A stretch of 64,000 nt of DNA, from assembly GCA_944332475.1 (NCBI GenBank), contig CALVKA010000002.1:71147-135146 (forward strand), written 5' to 3'. Position 1 is the first letter of the stretch. Each line of letters begins with the position of its first letter. This stretch comes from an uncultured Bacilli bacterium. Lineage in GTDB: Bacteria; Bacillota_I; Bacilli_A; RF39; UBA660. The notes beneath the pieces were generated by a model, which was given only the letters and a program-made list of their open reading frames with translations, did not search any database and was not told the origin of the DNA. Made by a program: the position numbers and the translations under genes. Positions 1 to 8,704 of this stretch are shown piece after piece.

Positions 1-261
1 TAGTCGATGACATTTTCTACAAACGAAATGAACATGTTGACTACAATCCGCATCATAATGATCCACTCCATCATTAGTCAATACTCTACGAACCTTTCCC
101 TCTTCTACCAATTTAGATACATTACGATAAACCGTAGCCTGCCCAACAGAAGAATCTTTATATCGTACAGCCTCACAAAGTTCCAAAATGGTAGGATGTG
201 TATGCATTTCATTTAATGTTTGAAAAATAATTTCTTTTTGTCTTGTATTCCTTGTGTTCAT
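1..261 (-). CDS. Fur-family metal-dependent transcriptional regulator (Fur/PerR/Zur), C-terminus truncated by the window edge
   Basis: The reverse-strand translation from the ATG at 259-261 gives MNTRNTRQKEIIFQTLNEMHTHPTILELCEAVRYKDSSVGQATVYRNVSKLVEEGKVRRVLTNDGVDHYDADCSQHVHFVCRKCHRL. It has a winged-helix 'ATVYRNV..L.E.G.V' segment and a C-terminal H.H..C..C metal site typical of Fur. The AAGGAAGG RBS lies upstream. This frame is not in the supplied ORF track because it runs off the window. Confidence 0.8.
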   Translation of the reverse strand, partial: MNTRNTRQKEIIFQTLNEMHTHPTILELCEAVRYKDSSVGQATVYRNVSKLVEEGKVRRVLTNDGVDHYDADCSQHVHFVCRKCHRL

Positions 262-274
262 AAGCCTTCCTTAA

Positions 275-289
275 TGATAACAATTATCA
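275..289. promoter_or_regulatory. Fur-box-like 7-1-7 inverted repeat TGATAAC-A-ATTATCA in the 5' leader of the Fur-family gene, suggesting autoregulation
   Basis: A perfect palindrome matching the Bacillus-type Fur box TGATAATnATTATCA at 13 of 14 positions. It sits 14 bp upstream of the regulator start codon. Confidence 0.45.
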
Positions 290-374
290 ATAATATTATA
301 GTAAACAAAAACAAAATTGTCAATTGAAAAATAACAAAAAACCCAAAACTTCATAAACTATAATAGGTGATATT

Positions 375-587
375 ATGAAAAACAGACATAATCTTTTCTG
401 CAGATGCAATTATTGCAAACAAAAAAGAAGAAACAGCATTTTCTATCTCTTAGGAATTATCGCAACATTAATCATCATCTTTTACCAAATCATTCTTCTA
501 ATTTTTATTACTACTCGCTTAAATGCTATTATATTACTAATTGAATTTGCTTTGATCTGTTTCCTCATCTTTTTGATTTTGTTCTAA
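375..587 (+). CDS. candidate small Cys-rich two-TM membrane protein, divergent from the Fur-family gene (speculative)
   Basis: ORF-track 70-aa ORF with N-terminal CRCNYCKQK followed by two hydrophobic helices. An AGGTGAT SD lies 4 nt before the ATG. It sits in the 275-bp intergenic region, and its 3' end overlaps the convergent ysxE-like gene by 51 nt. The region is AT-rich, so it could be spurious. Confidence 0.2.
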   Translation: MKNRHNLFCRCNYCKQKRRNSIFYLLGIIATLIIIFYQIILLIFITTRLNAIILLIEFALICFLIFLILF

Positions 588-1415
588 AATAAATTGGGAT
601 ACTTTTTTAGCATAAGAGACATGTCTTTGCACCACAATTGTACTTTCATAATGATTAGAAGAAATGAATTCAACTTTTTCATCCAATAACAACAAACAAA
701 AAAATAAAAGCATTTCATCCTCAGTAAATTTATATTTACTCTGATAAATTTGAAATAATGGATTCATTTCAACTATCATATAATCTTTCTTATAGAAATA
801 CAAAAAATCATAAATTACATATCCCTTATCTGACAAATCCCAATGAGTAAAATATGGGGTTTTTTGATCTACAAAATGTAAAAGACAGGGCTGTTTATGT
901 AAAAATACGACTCTTTCCTCTTTCTGACTTTTTTTCATCTCATACCATAACTCCAAATACTCTCTACTTTTCTGAAAGTTTTGATAAAATAAGCTAACAT
1001 TTTTCATAAATAATGCTTCATCCGGAGCCATATAGATATGATTTTCAATATCGTCTTGCAACTTTTGATAATAATCAATTTTATCCTGTATTTGCCTAGA
1101 CACACTTTCATATACCTCTTTCACATTATCCATAACAACCGTTTGATAAGTTGTAGTCTTTATATGTAATAAGCTTAAAATATGAATCAAATCTAATGCT
1201 TTATCCGCTGGCAAAATATCATCTTCTACATAGGGATATACCTCATAAGAATCTCGAAATAAATTTTTCATAGGCAAAAAGAAAGGAAAATCTTTTTGCT
1301 CCAAATAACGAAACACTTGTTTTTTATCATTACATTTAGGAGTAATAAAAAATTTCCCTTCTTCCGTTTCTACGACTTTATCTCCATCAATATAAGAATA
1401 TTTATAAATATCCAA
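537..1415 (-). CDS. YsxE/CotS-like protein (phosphotransferase-fold spore-coat-associated family), putative
   Basis: 292 aa. It lies immediately downstream of a SpoVID-like gene, as in the B. subtilis spoVID-ysxE operon. A degenerate HxDLxxxN-like segment (THWDLSDKGYVIYDF) is present. The family assignment rests on synteny and weak motifs. Confidence 0.4.
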   Translation of the reverse strand: MDIYKYSYIDGDKVVETEEGKFFITPKCNDKKQVFRYLEQKDFPFFLPMKNLFRDSYEVYPYVEDDILPADKALDLIHILSLLHIKTTTYQTVVMDNVKEVYESVSRQIQDKIDYYQKLQDDIENHIYMAPDEALFMKNVSLFYQNFQKSREYLELWYEMKKSQKEERVVFLHKQPCLLHFVDQKTPYFTHWDLSDKGYVIYDFLYFYKKDYMIVEMNPLFQIYQSKYKFTEDEMLLFFCLLLLDEKVEFISSNHYESTIVVQRHVSYAKKVSQFILEQNQKDEETDQSKFN

Positions 1416-1416
1416 A

Positions 1417-2181
1417 TCACTCGTGCTTTTGTGTAGGAATAATAATTTTCATTCCAATAGACAAATTACTTAAATCATTATAGTTATCGAGATCCTCTCT
1501 ACTAACTTGATATTTTTCCATAATACTTTCAATCGTATCATTTTGTCTAACAATATAAACAGAATATGTAGCAAAAGTTTCATCACTATCTTTAAAAGAA
1601 GAAAACAAAGAACCTACATCTTGATTAGAAGAACCTATATCATCTTCCACAGATGAAACAGATTGTTTTTCCTCAGTTACTTCTACTACAGAATCAATCA
1701 CAGATTCTTTCTCTTTACGAGATACTTTATCCTCGTGAGAAGTTTCCCTCTCCTGAAATACTCCTTCTTCATAAGATACCCTCTCTGGCACAATGGAATC
1801 TACAAGTAAATCCTCACTCTGACGATTATCTGTTACCTCCTCCTCATCAACCTCAATCTTTTCTACCCCTTCGACTAACAAGTCAATATGGCAAGACAAA
1901 GAATCATCCTCTTGAACTTCATAACGAAAATCATCTATGGTAACGTTTCTAGTTTCCTCATCTAAACTCTCTGTTAATACAATTTCAACCGGTAAATGAA
2001 AAATAAAATCATCCTCCAAACGAGAAGCAGCTGTTAACTTATATTTACCAGAAATCACCAATTCACCAGAAATAGTACTATCATCTGAAAACGCTAATTT
2101 TGGATCCAAAGAAATAGAAGTAACTTCTCCAACCATTGTTTTAAAATCTAATGTCTTATCAAAAGAAATAACTTTTTGCAT
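1417..2181 (-). CDS. spoVID: SpoVID-like spore coat morphogenetic protein (N-terminal SPOCS-like domain plus C-terminal LysM)
   Basis: C-terminal LysM (YSVYIVRQNDTIESIMEKYQVSREDLDNYNDLSNLSIGMKIIIP). N-terminal VTSISLDPKLAFSDDSTISGELVISGKYKL resembles my recollection of the B. subtilis SpoVID N-terminus (SISLDPD...IIGSLELTGEY). A ysxE-like gene follows. Confidence 0.5.
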   Translation of the reverse strand: MQKVISFDKTLDFKTMVGEVTSISLDPKLAFSDDSTISGELVISGKYKLTAASRLEDDFIFHLPVEIVLTESLDEETRNVTIDDFRYEVQEDDSLSCHIDLLVEGVEKIEVDEEEVTDNRQSEDLLVDSIVPERVSYEEGVFQERETSHEDKVSRKEKESVIDSVVEVTEEKQSVSSVEDDIGSSNQDVGSLFSSFKDSDETFATYSVYIVRQNDTIESIMEKYQVSREDLDNYNDLSNLSIGMKIIIPTQKHE

Positions 2182-2236
2182 CTAATCCCTCCTATCAGAT
2201 TATATGAAAAAAGAAAAAGAATATGAAAAAAAAGAA

Positions 2237-2851
2237 CTATCTTAAGTTCTTTTTTACTTTTTGCAAAACACGACGAGTATCTAAAGCCATATGATACTGT
2301 TTTCCAACTCTTCGAAAAATAGGAACATTACAACAAGAGTCCATAAAACTTTGTGTATGTTGCATAAACTCCTCATCTTGAAAAACATCTGGATAAGCAT
2401 AAGCAAAATAACGTAATCCTGACAAAATTTCCATATCTGTTAAATATGGCTCTTCCTCTTGAACACTATGGTATACCCATAAATCTCTTGCATTTACGCG
2501 AATCAAAGCACTAGAAGATAAGTACTGTTGCCCACGACAATCCTCTTGAAAAGCTTGATAATGTAGTATTCTAGACTTCTTTTTAAAATCCGATAAGTAT
2601 CGTAATTCATTGACCTGTGTAATCAAATCATTAGAAAGAGAATAGATTGGCGTACCATGATAATGAAACCGGTGCACACTAGCAACCTTAGACATTTTTT
2701 CTAGAAAAGTATCATCTAATAACAAAAAGGCAGGTTCCTCTTTTAACAATTGTAACGAACTTGTTAAAAAGAAATCATAGTAATCTTCATCCTCACCAAC
2801 ATCACATAATTGATCAGAAGAAACTTCTGCTAAATGATTTTTTAAAGTCAT
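2237..2851 (-). CDS. hypothetical protein, downstream of lon
   Basis: ORF 2237..2932 trimmed to the internal Met (MTLKNHLAEV...) that follows the lon stop. No recognisable motifs. Confidence 0.45.
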   Translation of the reverse strand: MTLKNHLAEVSSDQLCDVGEDEDYYDFFLTSSLQLLKEEPAFLLLDDTFLEKMSKVASVHRFHYHGTPIYSLSNDLITQVNELRYLSDFKKKSRILHYQAFQEDCRGQQYLSSSALIRVNARDLWVYHSVQEEEPYLTDMEILSGLRYFAYAYPDVFQDEEFMQHTQSFMDSCCNVPIFRRVGKQYHMALDTRRVLQKVKKNLR

Positions 2852-2879
2852 CAAATCTACTGGATGAACAAACTCTTCA

Positions 2880-5204
2880 CTACTTCTTATTTCTATTAGA
2901 ACCACCACCAAATAACTTTTTATAAATATCACTATAATTTTCTACAAAGGTAAAATGAATGTCTCTAGTAACTTCATCAGGAATTTCCTCTAAATCATTT
3001 TTGTTCTCAATAGGCAAGAAAATGTTTCGAATACCAGCCCTATGAGATCCAATCACTTTTTCCCGAAGTCCACCAATTGGAAGTACTCTTCCACGCAAAG
3101 TAATTTCTCCCGTCATAGAAATATCGCTAGCAATAGCATGATTTTTAAACAAACTAACAAGAGCAGTAGTAATAGCAATACCTGCAGATGGTCCATCTTT
3201 TGTAACAGCACCTTCCGGAAAATGAATATGAATATCATTCCGAGAAAGCATAGAAAATGGAATAGAAAACTTCTGAGCATTAGCCTTAATGTAACTAAAA
3301 GCAATCTGACAAGATTCCTGCATAACATCGCCTAAAGAACCAGTTAAAATCAACTCACCTTTACCAGAAAACATCGTCACTTCGATAGGTAAAATGTCTC
3401 CACCAAAAACAGTATAAGCCATACCATTAACAACACCAACTTCTGCTTTCTTAGCAGTTTTTTCATAACTATATTTCTTCTTTCCAAGAAACTTTTCTAA
3501 ATCTGTTTCTTGAATATGATAAAAAACTTGTTCTTTTTCCAGCAAAACTTTCTTTACTATCTTTCTAAATAAAGAAGCAATAACACGATCAAGTTCACGA
3601 ACACCAGCCTCTTTTGTATAGTAACGAATCATTGCCATAATAGCATCATCATCTAATTGAATTTGTAAAGAAGTTAAACCATGCTCTTCCAAAGCACGTG
3701 GAACCAAATGGTTTTTAGAAATATCTAATTTTTCATATTCTGTATAACTACTAAGCTCAATAATTTCTAAACGATCTCGTAATTCGTAAGGAATTTGATC
3801 AATGTAATTAGCAGTTGCAATAAACAACACTTTGGACAAATCAAACTCTTCTTCAATATAGTGGTCAGAGAACTTACTATTTTGTTCAGGATCTAACACT
3901 TCAAGTAAACTACTAGCAGGATCTCCCTTAATATCTTTCGTCATCTTATCAATCTCATCAATAATAAACACAGGATTTGCCGTACCTGCTTTACGAATAC
4001 CTTGAATAATACGGCCAGGATTAGCACCAACATAGGTTCTACGATGTCCTACAATCTCAGCTTCATCATTAATACCACCAACACTAATTTTAGCCACTTT
4101 TCTCCCCAGACTATCAGCAATACTCAAAGCAAGAGACGTTTTACCAACACCAGGAGGACCAACCAAACACAAAATCGGACTACGTAAATTATTTGTATTC
4201 TGCTTAACAGCAAGATACTCTAAAATACGAGATTTAACCTCGGTTAATGCATGATGACTAGCATTTAAAATAGATTCTACCTTAGATAAATCCGTCGTAT
4301 CCTTTGTATAGACATTCCAAGGTAAATGAAGCATCCAATCCAAATAATCACGAACCATCCCCACTTCTGGAGAATGACTACTAATAGCCTCATAACGCGA
4401 AATTTCACTACTAATTTTTTCTTTAATCTTATGACTACACTTCAATTTTGAAAGTCTCTTTTTTAATTTTTCTACTTCATCTTCTTTACTATCGATATCC
4501 CCTAACTCACGTTTAATAGCTTTAAGTTTTTCACGTAAAAAATATTCCTTCTGACTTTCTTCAATCTCTTGTTCTACTTCACTTTCAATCTTACGCTCCA
4601 ACTCCAAAAACTTTAACTCTTCATGAATATCCTCAATAATCATACGAGCCCTTTCCACTGGAGAAACAGTAAGCACATACTGTTTTTTCTTAGCATAATC
4701 AACCGGTAAAAAAGACCCTATTAAATCACAAAGCTCATCTAATGTTTCTACAGTATCCAACTGACTAATAATAGCATTACTCATATAAGGAGCTTTTTCA
4801 ATATATTTATCTAAAGATTTCATCAAAAGAGTAAAATAATTTTTATCTTCTCCTGTAGAAACAACAGTAACCTCTTTCACATCTGCTTGATAAAATTCAC
4901 CTTGATAAAAATAATTGGAAACTTCAACTCTACGGATTCCTTGAATAACCACCCTAGTCTTTCCATTGGGAACGGTTAATTTTAATTTTAGCTGTCCTAA
5001 AATACCATAACTAGGTAAAGAGGTCACATCTTCCACATAATTCAAATCTAATGGATTGACAATAACTAAATATTTATCACTAGTAGAATCAGTATAATCA
5101 ATACTAGCCTTTTCAAATGAATCGTCATATTCAATTCTTACCTCGTTATTCGGAAAGACTACCACATCATTTAAAACTAAAACAGCAAGTTTCTGTTTAT
5201 CCAT
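2880..5204 (-). CDS. lon: ATP-dependent Lon protease (LonA)
   Basis: 774 aa. N-terminal LON domain, Walker A GPPGVGKTSLALS, AAA+ module, and the C-terminal proteolytic site PKDGPSAGIAITTALVSL. Confidence 0.95.
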   Translation of the reverse strand: MDKQKLAVLVLNDVVVFPNNEVRIEYDDSFEKASIDYTDSTSDKYLVIVNPLDLNYVEDVTSLPSYGILGQLKLKLTVPNGKTRVVIQGIRRVEVSNYFYQGEFYQADVKEVTVVSTGEDKNYFTLLMKSLDKYIEKAPYMSNAIISQLDTVETLDELCDLIGSFLPVDYAKKKQYVLTVSPVERARMIIEDIHEELKFLELERKIESEVEQEIEESQKEYFLREKLKAIKRELGDIDSKEDEVEKLKKRLSKLKCSHKIKEKISSEISRYEAISSHSPEVGMVRDYLDWMLHLPWNVYTKDTTDLSKVESILNASHHALTEVKSRILEYLAVKQNTNNLRSPILCLVGPPGVGKTSLALSIADSLGRKVAKISVGGINDEAEIVGHRRTYVGANPGRIIQGIRKAGTANPVFIIDEIDKMTKDIKGDPASSLLEVLDPEQNSKFSDHYIEEEFDLSKVLFIATANYIDQIPYELRDRLEIIELSSYTEYEKLDISKNHLVPRALEEHGLTSLQIQLDDDAIMAMIRYYTKEAGVRELDRVIASLFRKIVKKVLLEKEQVFYHIQETDLEKFLGKKKYSYEKTAKKAEVGVVNGMAYTVFGGDILPIEVTMFSGKGELILTGSLGDVMQESCQIAFSYIKANAQKFSIPFSMLSRNDIHIHFPEGAVTKDGPSAGIAITTALVSLFKNHAIASDISMTGEITLRGRVLPIGGLREKVIGSHRAGIRNIFLPIENKNDLEEIPDEVTRDIHFTFVENYSDIYKKLFGGGSNRNKK

Positions 5205-5299
5205 AGATAGTCCACCTCCAAATTTTAAATACTGCTTACTATTATATAATAAAAGGTTTTCTACATCAAGAAATTAACAACATTTTTCAAATTTTTCCA

Positions 5300-5326
5300 A
5301 TAAAAAAGTAGTACCCTGTACTACTT
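5300..5326 (-). terminator. rho-independent terminator downstream of tig
   Basis: Inverted repeat agtagtac-cct-gtactact (5307..5325) followed on the minus strand by a T-run, just after the tig stop at 5332. Confidence 0.5.
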
Positions 5327-5331
5327 CTATA

Positions 5332-6639
5332 TTACTTATTAGCATCTTTTAATAATTCAATTGTCTTTCTCATTTCTAAATCATATTGAACCATATCGAT
5401 ACCACCAAATTGTTGTAAGAATTCTTCTTTTTCCATTTGGTATTTCTTAGCTAAATCTTCAGCTTCTTTCTCAGCTTCTTCTACAGATACTTCAATCTTT
5501 TCTAAGTTCATAATCTCTTCTAACATCAAACGATATAAAACATTAGAATAAGCTTCTTTCTCTAATTGATTTCTCAAATCTTTTTCACTAGATTGTGTAA
5601 ATTGATAATATAAATCTAATGAAATTCCTTGCATCTTCATTTGTTGTTCAAAGCGATTCATCAAACGAGTAACTTCTTCTTCAACCATTTCTTCAGGAAT
5701 ATCTACTTCTACATTTTTAGAAACAGCCTCTAAAATAGCATCGATATATTTATTTTCGGCATCCATCTCTTTTTGTGCAGAAATACTCTTTTTAATTTCT
5801 TCTTTTAAAGTCTCTTCAGAATTAACGCCTTCCATTCCTAAATCTTCAAAGAATTCTTCGTCTAATTCTCTATTTTGTTTTTCTTTAATTTCATGAACCA
5901 CTACTTTGAAAGTAGCCTTTGCTCCAGCTAAATCTTTAGCACCATAATCTTCTGGGAAAGTGACTTCGATTTCTTTTTCTTCCCCTGCCTTCATACCAAT
6001 TACTTGTTCTTCAAATCCTGGAATAAAAGTATGAGAACCAATCTCTAAAGAATAGTTTTCTCCCTTTCCACCGTCGAAAGCAACACCATCTTTAAATCCT
6101 TCAAAGTCGATAACAGCAACATTACCATCTTCAACTTCTCCATCTTCTTTTGTAACAAGCTCAGTATATCTTTCTAATAAATGTCCAAGTTCATGATTAA
6201 CCTCATCATCTGTAACTTCTACTGTTTCAGGTTGAATATTTAATCCTTTATATTTCTTTACTTTTACTTCTGGTTTCGTAATAATTTTAAAAGTAAATTC
6301 AACACCATCTTCACTTAAACTTTTTAAATCAACAGAAGGTTGAACAACAGGAACTAATTTAGATTCTTCCATAGCCTTGGTATAAGCATCTTGTAATACA
6401 CTATCAGCTGCATCAATAAATAAAGACTCTTTACCAAAATGCTTTTCATAAATATCTCTTGGTACTTTTCCCTTTCTAAAACCATCCACTTTAGCAGTTT
6501 TTTGTTTCTTCTTAAAAACTTGATCAAGAGCTTTGCTCCAAGCTTCACCATCTATTTTAATAACTACTTCATGAACATTTTTCTTAGTATCTTTTTTAAC
6601 TTCTTTTTTTGTTTCATTATTTTCTTCTTTTTTTGCCAT
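5332..6639 (-). CDS. tig: trigger factor (ribosome-associated peptidyl-prolyl isomerase/chaperone) with a Lys-rich N-terminal extension
   Basis: 435 aa. GFRKGKVP ribosome-binding signature, central FKBP-like domain, C-terminal helical arm. GGAGGGATATT RBS. Confidence 0.95.
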   Translation of the reverse strand: MAKKEENNETKKEVKKDTKKNVHEVVIKIDGEAWSKALDQVFKKKQKTAKVDGFRKGKVPRDIYEKHFGKESLFIDAADSVLQDAYTKAMEESKLVPVVQPSVDLKSLSEDGVEFTFKIITKPEVKVKKYKGLNIQPETVEVTDDEVNHELGHLLERYTELVTKEDGEVEDGNVAVIDFEGFKDGVAFDGGKGENYSLEIGSHTFIPGFEEQVIGMKAGEEKEIEVTFPEDYGAKDLAGAKATFKVVVHEIKEKQNRELDEEFFEDLGMEGVNSEETLKEEIKKSISAQKEMDAENKYIDAILEAVSKNVEVDIPEEMVEEEVTRLMNRFEQQMKMQGISLDLYYQFTQSSEKDLRNQLEKEAYSNVLYRLMLEEIMNLEKIEVSVEEAEKEAEDLAKKYQMEKEEFLQQFGGIDMVQYDLEMRKTIELLKDANK

Positions 6640-6660
6640 AATATCCCTCCAACGCCTTAT

Positions 6661-6689
6661 ATTATATCGTACAATTTAATTTTACACAA
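6661..6689 (-). promoter_or_regulatory. candidate sigma-A promoter for tig (TTGTGT-17-TATAAT)
   Basis: On the minus strand: TTGTGT (complement of 6684..6689), a 17-nt spacer, then TATAAT (complement of 6661..6666), about 20 nt upstream of the GGAGGG RBS. Confidence 0.35.
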
Positions 6690-6769
6690 CACTTTAAAAA
6701 GAAATACTTCTTTTTTTCATATAAAAAATATGCTAAAATAAAGAAAAGAAACAGAAAGAATGTGAGAAT

Positions 6770-7774
6770 ATGAAAAAGACAATTTTGACAGGGCTAAGAC
6801 CAACCGGAAACCTTCATTTAGGACATCTATTTGGAGCTGGACAAAACTATATCAAAATGCAAGATGATTATGAATTCTATTTAGAAATTGCAGATGTACA
6901 AGCACTTACAGATAATTTTAATAACCCTGAAAAAGTAAGAAAAAATGTAACAGAAATTACAATAGATTTATTATCTATTGGACTAGATCCTAAAAAAGTA
7001 AACTTCTTTATCCAATCCAAAATATCAGAAATTGCAGAACTTACAGTTTTTTATTCTAACTTAGTCACAGTCGCAAGACTAGAAAGAAATCCAACAGTAA
7101 AAACAGAAATTGCCCAAAAAAAAGAATTATTTGGAAATCAAGGAGAATCCATTACTTATGGTTTCTTAGGATATCCCGTATCACAGGCCGCAGATATTAC
7201 AGCCTTTGGCGGAGAAGTAGTTCCCGTTGGAGAAGATCAACTTCCATTGATAGAGCAATGCCGAGAAATTGTTAGAAAATTTAATTCTATTTACGGAGAA
7301 ACATTAAAAGAACCACAAGCCATTCTAAGTGAAACAAAAAGAGTAAAAGGTCTAGATGGAAATGACAAAATGGGAAAAAGTCTAGGAAACGCTATTTTCT
7401 TAAATGATAACGAAGAAACCATAAAGAAAAAAATCATGGGTGCTATTACAGATTCAGAAAAAATAAAAAAAGATGATCCTGCTAACCCTGATATATGTAT
7501 GGTATATTACTACCATAATTTAGTAAACTCAGAAGAAAACAAAAAGAAAGTTTGCAGAGAATGTAAAAAAGGAGAACGTGGATGTGTTCAATGTAAAAAA
7601 GAATTAATTGAAGCTATGAATGAATTTTTACATCCAATTAAAGAAAAAAGAAAATACTATGAACAACATCCAGAAAAAGTAAAACAAATCCTAGAAGAAG
7701 GAACAAAAAAAGCCAAAGAAAAAGCAGAAAAACAGATGAAGCAAGTAAAACAAGCAATGAAAATAGATTATTAA
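6770..7774 (+). CDS. trpS: tryptophanyl-tRNA synthetase with a C-terminal Cys cluster
   Basis: 334 aa. HIGH-like TGNLHLGH and KMSKS-like KMGKS motifs. Cys motif C-x21-C-x6-C-x2-C near the C-terminus. Confidence 0.95.
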   Translation: MKKTILTGLRPTGNLHLGHLFGAGQNYIKMQDDYEFYLEIADVQALTDNFNNPEKVRKNVTEITIDLLSIGLDPKKVNFFIQSKISEIAELTVFYSNLVTVARLERNPTVKTEIAQKKELFGNQGESITYGFLGYPVSQAADITAFGGEVVPVGEDQLPLIEQCREIVRKFNSIYGETLKEPQAILSETKRVKGLDGNDKMGKSLGNAIFLNDNEETIKKKIMGAITDSEKIKKDDPANPDICMVYYYHNLVNSEENKKKVCRECKKGERGCVQCKKELIEAMNEFLHPIKEKRKYYEQHPEKVKQILEEGTKKAKEKAEKQMKQVKQAMKIDY

Positions 7775-7801
7775 AAGCATCCAACGGATGCTTTTATTTT
7801 T
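7775..7801. terminator. bidirectional rho-independent terminator shared by convergent trpS and the 7794..8438 gene
   Basis: aagcatcc-aacg-ggatgctt hairpin immediately after the trpS TAA, followed by TTTTATTTT. It overlaps the stop of the convergent minus-strand gene. Confidence 0.6.
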
Positions 7802-8438
7802 TAGAATAACTAAGTTGTACAATATCAAACAATTTATGATATCTCTGATCAAAACCAACTTCTAAATCTTGAATGATTCTTTGATACTTATGAGAAAAAT
7901 CTAAGTTATCCACTCCAAATATTTCTTCATATAAATAAGTTAGTTTATCAACATTCTTCTCCTCAAATAAAGAAACAAATTCACGATACAAATAATGCCT
8001 CTCAAATTCCTCTTCCCTCGTAAGAAAAGAACAACCGCCCTCTCGTTTTAATACTTTATAAGAGATAGAACTAACCTCTAAATCCTTAGCACTTTCAATC
8101 ACTTCATCCTCTTCATCCAATAGTAAACAACTTCTAGCAATAATTTCTCCAGAGGAAGAAAACTCCACTGCAACAACACGATTTAAATCACAAAACAAAC
8201 ATCCATAAAATGTTGTTTTTTTTCTTTTATATAATAAAACTTTACCCTTAATTCTATTTAAAAATTCCTTATCCACTTTAACATCAGAAAAACAAAAATG
8301 ATCCATATCAACACTAGGAATACGAAACAAAGAAATTCGCTTCACATGTTCTAACATATCATTATCTTCCCACTCAAAAAATTCTACCAACCGATTTTTG
8401 TCTTGAAAATTAAGTAATACATCATAAATAAAAGTCAT
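7794..8438 (-). CDS. hypothetical protein
   Basis: ORF 7794..8504 trimmed to MTFIYDVLLNF, which has a GGAG RBS. Its ATG overlaps the stop of the upstream small ORF (ATGA). Confidence 0.55.
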   Translation of the reverse strand: MTFIYDVLLNFQDKNRLVEFFEWEDNDMLEHVKRISLFRIPSVDMDHFCFSDVKVDKEFLNRIKGKVLLYKRKKTTFYGCLFCDLNRVVAVEFSSSGEIIARSCLLLDEEDEVIESAKDLEVSSISYKVLKREGGCSFLTREEEFERHYLYREFVSLFEEKNVDKLTYLYEEIFGVDNLDFSHKYQRIIQDLEVGFDQRYHKLFDIVQLSYSKK

Positions 8439-8641
8439 CTTTTTTTCTCCTTTCGAACCATTGCTACAACAATTAAAAAAATACCAATAACAAAAGAATA
8501 ACATTCCCAGCGACCAATCAAAAAGAGAATATATTCTATAAAACTATAACCAAATATAAATAAGTTAAAATATAAAATAAAAAAAGTAAAACCAATCGTC
8601 AAAAATATAAATCCTAAAACATAGAGAATAAAACGATTCAT
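8435..8641 (-). CDS. small hydrophobic membrane protein (about 68 aa), translationally coupled to the downstream hypothetical gene
   Basis: Two predicted TM helices. ATGA stop/start overlap at 8435..8438. Confidence 0.35.
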   Translation of the reverse strand: MNRFILYVLGFIFLTIGFTFFILYFNLFIFGYSFIEYILFLIGRWECYSFVIGIFLIVVAMVRKEKKR

Positions 8642-8704
8642 ATTATACTCTATGACTGAACTATTTTTAGTATACGAAAAAAGAAAAAAAGTATGTAAAA
8701 AAGA

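Noticed and set aside
1653-1943. Plus-strand 96-aa ORF, and similar antisense ORFs (3042..3335, 4002..4187, 12302..12652, 17263..17511, 20718..20912, 31102..31332, 32106..32330, 44022..44778, 46747..46992, 62570..62830)
   Set aside because: All lie entirely inside longer, motif-supported genes on the opposite strand. They have low-complexity composition (Ser/Asn/Ile/His-rich) typical of AT-rich antisense frames, and no RBS.
6354-6741. ORFs 6354..6551 (-) and 6439..6741 (+) around the tig 5' end
   Set aside because: They overlap the tig coding sequence in alternative frames and have Phe/Ile/Asn-rich low-complexity translations. They are probably artefacts of the A/T-rich Lys-codon run at the tig N-terminus.
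6640-6769. Possible T-box riboswitch leader upstream of trpS
   Set aside because: The intergenic region is only about 130 bp and must also hold the divergent tig promoter. No specifier-loop or T-box (AATTAGGGTGGNACCGCG-like) sequence is visible. trpS is probably driven by an ordinary promoter with an extended -10 (TGnTAAAAT at 6731..6739).
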